From Patescibacteria group bacterium (lineage in GTDB: Bacteria; Patescibacteriota; Minisyncoccia; Phycocordibacterales; UBA918): a DNA stretch of 53,565 bases. The notes below the pieces were generated by a model, which saw only the letters and a program-made list of their open reading frames with translations, searched no databases and had not been told where the DNA came from. The stretch is from positions 1 through 53,565 of the forward strand of contig JBBTYP010000004.1 of assembly GCA_038061715.1 (NCBI GenBank), in the 5' to 3' direction. The position numbers and the translations under genes were made by a program. Positions 48,698 through 53,565 of the stretch are shown here, in pieces (position 1 is the stretch's first letter; each line of letters starts with the position of its first letter).

Positions 48698-49723
48698 ATG
48701 ATTACTTTTAAACCTAAACAAGTTACAAAAACCTTACTCGACGTCTTACCAGACCGAGCTCGTGACGTTCTTGAAAAACGCTATGGTCTTGGTGCCGAAG
48801 GCGAAACCTACACCCTAGAAGCAATTGGCAAATCCTATGGAATCACTCGCGAGCGAGTCCGCCAAATTGAAAACTACGGCCTCCAATCAATTCAAAAATC
48901 TGAGGTCTACAAAAAGAACTACGATCTTTTTCTAGAGATGCAAAAGCTCATTGATCAGCTGGGCGGTGGAATTATCGCGGAACATGTCCTTTTGGACGAA
49001 CTGAGCACTGACGCCTCTGTGCGTAATCATATTTATTTCCTCCTAATTGTCGGCGATCCATTTTTTAAAGCTAAGGAAAACCCTCAATACTCGCACCGCT
49101 GGTACACCGAGCGAAAAATTGCCGATACCGTAGAGAAGGCTTTGAAAAATGTTCATAAAAGTCTTGATAAAGATGCTCTAGTGTCTGAATCTGAAATCCT
49201 TGAACGCTTTCGTAACGAACTGATAGAAATTGCTGACCGCCACGACGAAGAGACTCTCAAGCGCTGGTTGCTAATTTCCAAGCAGATCGGTCGCAACCCG
49301 CTAGGCGATTGGGGACCAGCCGATAGTCCAAATATCCGGGTTAAAGGGATTCGAGATTACGCTTACTTAGCTGTGAAGCGTCATGGCTCACCAATGCACT
49401 TTAAAGAAGTAGCTGAAGCTATTAATGAGCTTTTTGGACATGTCGCTCATGTGGCTACCACTCATAATGAACTTATTAAGGACGCTCGCTTTGTCTTGGT
49501 GGGTCGTGGCCTTTACGCTCTCTCAGAGTGGGGCTACACGGCTGGCGTGGTTAAGGAGGTTCTGCGCCAGATTCTTGAAGTTGATGGCCCACTTTCTCGT
49601 GAAGAGATCATTGATAAGGTTCGCAAGGAGCGATATGTTAAAGACAACACCATCATGGTGAACCTGCAAGACGCAAATCTTTTCAAACGTTTAACGAATG
49701 GTACTTATACCGTAGCCGACTAA
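48698..49723 (+). CDS. Sigma-70 region-4-like HTH protein with a C-terminal HARE-HTH-like domain
   Basis: 341 aa. RARDVLEKRYGLG...YTLEAIGKSYGITRERVRQIENYGLQSI is sigma region 4-like. The C-terminal HFKEVAEAINELFG...DARFVLVGRGLYALSEWGY is HARE-HTH-like. Confidence 0.7.
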   Translation: MITFKPKQVTKTLLDVLPDRARDVLEKRYGLGAEGETYTLEAIGKSYGITRERVRQIENYGLQSIQKSEVYKKNYDLFLEMQKLIDQLGGGIIAEHVLLDELSTDASVRNHIYFLLIVGDPFFKAKENPQYSHRWYTERKIADTVEKALKNVHKSLDKDALVSESEILERFRNELIEIADRHDEETLKRWLLISKQIGRNPLGDWGPADSPNIRVKGIRDYAYLAVKRHGSPMHFKEVAEAINELFGHVAHVATTHNELIKDARFVLVGRGLYALSEWGYTAGVVKEVLRQILEVDGPLSREEIIDKVRKERYVKDNTIMVNLQDANLFKRLTNGTYTVAD

Positions 49724-49734
49724 GACTCATTCAC

Positions 49735-49764
49735 AAAAACTCCCGGAAATCTCCGGGAGTTTTT
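49735..49764 (+). terminator. Rho-independent terminator
   Basis: Stem ACTCCCGG / CCGGGAGT, flanked by an A-run and T5. Confidence 0.8.
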
Positions 49765-49795
49765 GGATTTGATGATACAATAGACAAACTACATT

Positions 49796-51133
49796 ATGGG
49801 TGATTTGTTTAAAGCAATCTTTGGGCAATACGCAGGGAAGCTATTTCTGTTACTTGGTCTCGGGCTGTTGGTGTATATGTTTACCGCTACAGGCGTTAAC
49901 CCAGCACCCGTACTCACACTATTGGTTGCTTTGTCACCGATTTGGATTCCCTTAACACTTTTTCATATTTTCTTTGAACGCTGGCAAGACTATACTGGTC
50001 TTAAATTCCAGGACGACAACGGGCGCGTCACTCTGTGGGTCAAACCACCGCAGGAAGTTTTTAAATCACCTGAAGCAATGGAGGGTATCTTTGCCCAAAT
50101 TTGGAACAGTTACTCAAGAGACAATCTTATACAGACTTATATTGACGGGAAGCGCCCGCTCACTTTCAGTTTTGAACTGGCCAGTGTGAATGGGGAAGTT
50201 CGAATTTATATAAATGTACCAAGAAAGAAAGTTAAAAACGCCATTGAGTCTCTACTGTACGCGAACTATCCAGGTATTGAAGTGATTGAACTACCTGTTG
50301 ATTACACCGCCGAGGTTAAGAACGATTTAAACAAGCACGATTTCATGGGCTTTCACTTTGGAAAAAAAGACGATGAGATATTTCCTATCAAAACTTATAT
50401 TGAGTTTGGTCTAGACCGGATGCCTAAGGAGGAAGAAAAATTTGAACCAATGGCCCCCATTATCGAGCACATCGGCAAGTGCAAACCGCACGAAAGGATT
50501 TGGGTTCAATGGCTTTGTACGCCTCATGTTAAGCATGATTTCAAAAATGGTTTTCTGGAGGTGAAACCTACCTGGGAGGCAGCCGGAAAAGCGAAAATTA
50601 AAGAAATAATGGAGGGAGAGCATTCTGGTGATACTGACAACCCCTTCACCCCGTCGAGATTAACCACTGGCGAGAGAGATAATATTGCAGCCATGGAGCG
50701 CAATATTAGTAAATACGCCTATGAGGTATCGATACGTGCTATGTACATTACCCTCGATAAAGATAAATTTGATGGTGATATGATCGGTCCGATTCTTCGG
50801 GGCATGTCACAATGGGATATGATTGGTCGAAATCAAATCGGTCTTCGCTGGCGAACCGACTTCGATTGGAACTGGATTTCGGATCCATCGGGAACCAAGA
50901 AAAAATATTACAAAAAACGTGAGTTGGATTTCTATAAAAGTCGCAACTGGATCGATGGTGACGCTAAAAAACATTCTGACTCACCAAAAGTAATGTCTTC
51001 CGAAGAATTGGCTAGCATGTTCCACATCCCAGGCAAGACGGTTATTACTCCTAGTCTGGCCAGGGTTGAAGCCATCCGTCGAAATGCTCCGAGCAATCTC
51101 CCAACTGGCGCACCAACTGACTTATGGCAATAA
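49796..51133 (+). CDS. Hypothetical 2-TM protein with a large soluble domain, translationally coupled to mltG
   Basis: 445 aa. TM1 KLFLLLGLGLLVYMF and TM2 LTLLVALSPIWIPLTLFHIFF. Overlaps the mltG start by 10 nt. No enzyme motif recognised. Confidence 0.65.
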   Translation: MGDLFKAIFGQYAGKLFLLLGLGLLVYMFTATGVNPAPVLTLLVALSPIWIPLTLFHIFFERWQDYTGLKFQDDNGRVTLWVKPPQEVFKSPEAMEGIFAQIWNSYSRDNLIQTYIDGKRPLTFSFELASVNGEVRIYINVPRKKVKNAIESLLYANYPGIEVIELPVDYTAEVKNDLNKHDFMGFHFGKKDDEIFPIKTYIEFGLDRMPKEEEKFEPMAPIIEHIGKCKPHERIWVQWLCTPHVKHDFKNGFLEVKPTWEAAGKAKIKEIMEGEHSGDTDNPFTPSRLTTGERDNIAAMERNISKYAYEVSIRAMYITLDKDKFDGDMIGPILRGMSQWDMIGRNQIGLRWRTDFDWNWISDPSGTKKKYYKKRELDFYKSRNWIDGDAKKHSDSPKVMSSEELASMFHIPGKTVITPSLARVEAIRRNAPSNLPTGAPTDLWQ

Positions 51134-52131
51134 ATCCAAACGAAAAAGCCACCTTAGTGATTCAAAACCGGGACAGAAACACTTCGTGGTTACTTGTTAT
51201 AGCCACGTTTTGTTTGATTGCCGCTAGTCTCTTTTTTCTCTTGGTGGCTTTTCTAAATAAACCGGATAAAGAATTTAGCATCCCGACCTCTTTCACTATC
51301 GAGCCTGGCACTAGTGTAAAGCAGATCACTAAAAACTTAGCGAATCTTCATGTCGTCCAGTCAGAACATCTTTTGTATTTTATGATTAGTCTTTTTCATG
51401 ATCCTAAAGATATAAAAGCCAGTACCTACCTTTTTGAGGAAGCCATTACAACTAGAGCGGTCGCCCAGAAATTAGTAACTGGTGATTTTGACAATGATCT
51501 TATCTCCTTTACTCATATCGAAGGAGAGCGAGCCACCCATATTGCAGATGAAGCTGAAAAGACTCTTACGAATTTTGATACCGCTCGTTTTATAGAGCTG
51601 GCCGTACCACAAGAGGGAACGCTTTACCCCGAGACATATAGAATTCCTAAGGACTTTACGGCCGATGAGCTAGTCGGTTTAATGACCAAAACTTTTAGTG
51701 AAAAAACAGCAAAGCTTACTGCTGAAATGACCAGCCACCCACTCGGGCATAAGGGTGTGATCAGCCTCGCTTCTATCGTTGAGCGCGAGGCTAACACAGT
51801 AGAATCTATGAAGATGGTGTCCGGCATTTTACAGAGTCGTATCGAGGCTGGTATGCCCTTGCAGGCCGATGCCTCAATTGAATATGTCCTTGATAAGCCG
51901 TTGAAGCAGCTAACGGCTGAGGATTTAAAAGTCGATTCACCTTACAATACCTATACCAATAAAGGACTGCCGCCCACCCCTATCGGCAACCCAGGTATTG
52001 ACGCCATCATAGCGGTACTAGAGCCAACCCCATCGGATTTTGTTTATTACATCACCGACGAGGACGGTAATTTTCACTACGCAAGAAACTTTGACGAACA
52101 CCGTTCAAATATCGCAAGATACCTACGTTAA
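51124..52131 (+). CDS. mltG: Endolytic murein transglycosylase MltG (YceG-like)
   Basis: 335 aa. N-terminal TM. EGTLYPETYRIP, LASIVEREA, and LPPTPIGNPG near the C-terminus. Confidence 0.9.
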   Translation: MAINPNEKATLVIQNRDRNTSWLLVIATFCLIAASLFFLLVAFLNKPDKEFSIPTSFTIEPGTSVKQITKNLANLHVVQSEHLLYFMISLFHDPKDIKASTYLFEEAITTRAVAQKLVTGDFDNDLISFTHIEGERATHIADEAEKTLTNFDTARFIELAVPQEGTLYPETYRIPKDFTADELVGLMTKTFSEKTAKLTAEMTSHPLGHKGVISLASIVEREANTVESMKMVSGILQSRIEAGMPLQADASIEYVLDKPLKQLTAEDLKVDSPYNTYTNKGLPPTPIGNPGIDAIIAVLEPTPSDFVYYITDEDGNFHYARNFDEHRSNIARYLR

Positions 52132-52167
52132 AACCTCCATGTATCATCAATGATACATGGAGGTTTT
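52130..52167 (+). terminator. Rho-independent terminator
   Basis: 17-bp stem AAAACCTCCATGTATCA / TGATACATGGAGGTTTT with loop TCAA. Confidence 0.85.
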
Positions 52168-52220
52168 AGAATTAATGAATTGCAATAGTATACAGTTTAA
52201 TTTTATGTTAACGTCTTCCC

Positions 52221-53282
52221 ATGAATAGGCACCAGACAGTATTTGTTGGAGTATCCGGTGGAGTTGATTCTTCCGTAGCAGCCCTTCGTCTTAAAAAGCA
52301 AGGCTACAACGTAGTTGGGGTTTTTATTAAAGTCTGGCATCCTGATTTTATGATGTGTAATTGGGAAGCAGAGCGACTCGACGCTATGCGAGTGGCGGCA
52401 CACTTGGAAATACCCTTTTTGACTTGCGATGCTGTAGATGCTTATCGCGATGAGGTAGCTCACTATTTTATAGAGGAATACAAAGCTGGACGGACGCCGA
52501 ACCCAGACGTGCTCTGTAATAAGGAAATCAAATTTGGTGCTTTTTTACGCTTTGCCAAGGAGCATGGCGCCGACTATATTGCGACTGGACACTACGCACA
52601 GAAACTTGAGGTAAGTTCCCAAATAGAATTACATCGAAGCGTAGATAATAATAAGGACCAATCATATTTTCTCTGGTCACTTACACCTGCGCAATTGGAG
52701 TATTCACTTTTCCCGATCGGCAGCAGTGAAAAATCTGTTATACGAAGCGAAGCCGAGAAGGCCGGTCTTCCCACCGCCACCAAAAAAGACAGTCAGGGTG
52801 TCTGTTTCTTGGGTCATATCGATATCAAGGAATTTTTGTCTCACTATACGAGCATTGAAACTGGCGACGTCCTTGACGAAACTGGTGCAGTCATAGGTAC
52901 TCACGACGGAGCCCTAATCTACACGGTAGGGCAGCGTCACGGATTTTACCTTAGTAACAAGGATGTTGAACGCAGCGGTATGTACGTGGTTGCAAAGGAT
53001 CTTACCGCCAACACTATAACGGTGGCAAAGCAAAGATTAGTAACAAACCGAAGTAGTATTATCACTCTAAAAAACGTTGTGCTTAGAAAGGCTCTGAGAT
53101 CAGGAGATACGTTAGAAGCTCAATTCAGGTACCGCCAGTCACCTTTTAAAATATTAGTTACAGCTGTTGAGCCGGATTCACTTTCTCTAGAAACACTGGA
53201 AGCGGTGGAGGCTCCTGCTGCTGGACAATCATGTGTGATTTACTCGGGTTCTCACTGTCTTGGCGGTGGTATTCTTAGCTAA
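52221..53282 (+). CDS. mnmA: tRNA 2-thiouridine(34) synthase
   Basis: 353 aa. PP-loop VGVSGGVDSSVAA. NPDVLCNKEIKF. DSQGVCFLG. Confidence 0.95.
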   Translation: MNRHQTVFVGVSGGVDSSVAALRLKKQGYNVVGVFIKVWHPDFMMCNWEAERLDAMRVAAHLEIPFLTCDAVDAYRDEVAHYFIEEYKAGRTPNPDVLCNKEIKFGAFLRFAKEHGADYIATGHYAQKLEVSSQIELHRSVDNNKDQSYFLWSLTPAQLEYSLFPIGSSEKSVIRSEAEKAGLPTATKKDSQGVCFLGHIDIKEFLSHYTSIETGDVLDETGAVIGTHDGALIYTVGQRHGFYLSNKDVERSGMYVVAKDLTANTITVAKQRLVTNRSSIITLKNVVLRKALRSGDTLEAQFRYRQSPFKILVTAVEPDSLSLETLEAVEAPAAGQSCVIYSGSHCLGGGILS

Positions 53283-53284
53283 GC

Positions 53285-53565
53285 ATGTCACATCCACTAG
53301 TCACTAAAGCCGATGGTACAACTGAATATTTTAAGGTTGAAAAACTTCGGCGATCTTTGCGCCGCGCTGGAGCAACCCCCGGTGAAGTTAATAATATTGT
53401 GTCACAAATTTCGGGAATTATCCGTGACAAAATGCTAACCCAAGAAATTTATCGAGAGGCGTTTACATTACTGCGGGAGCAGCAGGCACCAGCTGCTGCG
53501 CGCTACTCGCTTAGACGTGCTCTTTTTAGTCTAGGGCCGACTGGTTTTCCGTTTGAAGTTTTTTT
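53285..53565 (+). CDS. ATP-cone domain protein, 3-prime partial (runs off the window)
   Basis: ATG 2 nt after the mnmA stop. MSHPLVTKADGTTEYFKVEKLRRSLRRAGATPGEVNNIVSQI... fits the ATP-cone pattern (V.K.DG..E.F...K...SL). No stop before the window end. Confidence 0.6.
   Translation, partial: MSHPLVTKADGTTEYFKVEKLRRSLRRAGATPGEVNNIVSQISGIIRDKMLTQEIYREAFTLLREQQAPAAARYSLRRALFSLGPTGFPFEVF

Overview
This 53.6-kb window is almost entirely coding on the + strand. Its gene content looks like a small, streamlined bacterial genome, and I infer a Candidate Phyla Radiation (Patescibacteria)-like organism.

Confident housekeeping genes:
- DNA repair: uvrB, uvrA, uvrC.
- tRNA and translation: tgt, leuS, mnmA, ychF.
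- Cell wall: ddl, mltG.
- Protein processing: sppA and an FKBP-type isomerase.
- A complete F1Fo ATP synthase operon in the order atpB-E-F-H-A-G-D-C.
- Two tRNA-Ala genes (UGC on the - strand, GGC on the + strand).

Accessory content:
- A cell-surface cluster at the left edge: a partial large surface protein plus two DUF916/DUF3324-like anchored proteins.
- A response regulator, giant surface protein and histidine kinase module wedged between uvrB and uvrA.
- A second histidine kinase and receiver pair.
- A minus-strand RND pump with its adaptor.
- An MgtE-like channel.
- Several small membrane or Cys-rich ORFs.

I found no CRISPR array, transposase, integrase or rRNA.

Most notable observations:
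1. A textbook Nudix domain is inserted inside the LeuS polypeptide.
2. atpD has an in-frame TAA, and a further 26 codons of conserved beta-subunit C-terminus continue in frame after it.
3. The atp operon has unusually long structured spacers, an atpC-like remnant, and minimal delta and epsilon subunits.
4. A recurrent extended -10 element (TGnTAnnnT) sits 6-9 nt upstream of many start codons that lack a Shine-Dalgarno, which suggests widespread leaderless mRNAs.
5. UvrA lacks the insertion domain and UvrC lacks the (HhH)2 domain.
6. There are unexplained structured non-coding regions next to both tRNA-Ala genes.

All family assignments rest on motif recognition by eye and memory. No searches were run.
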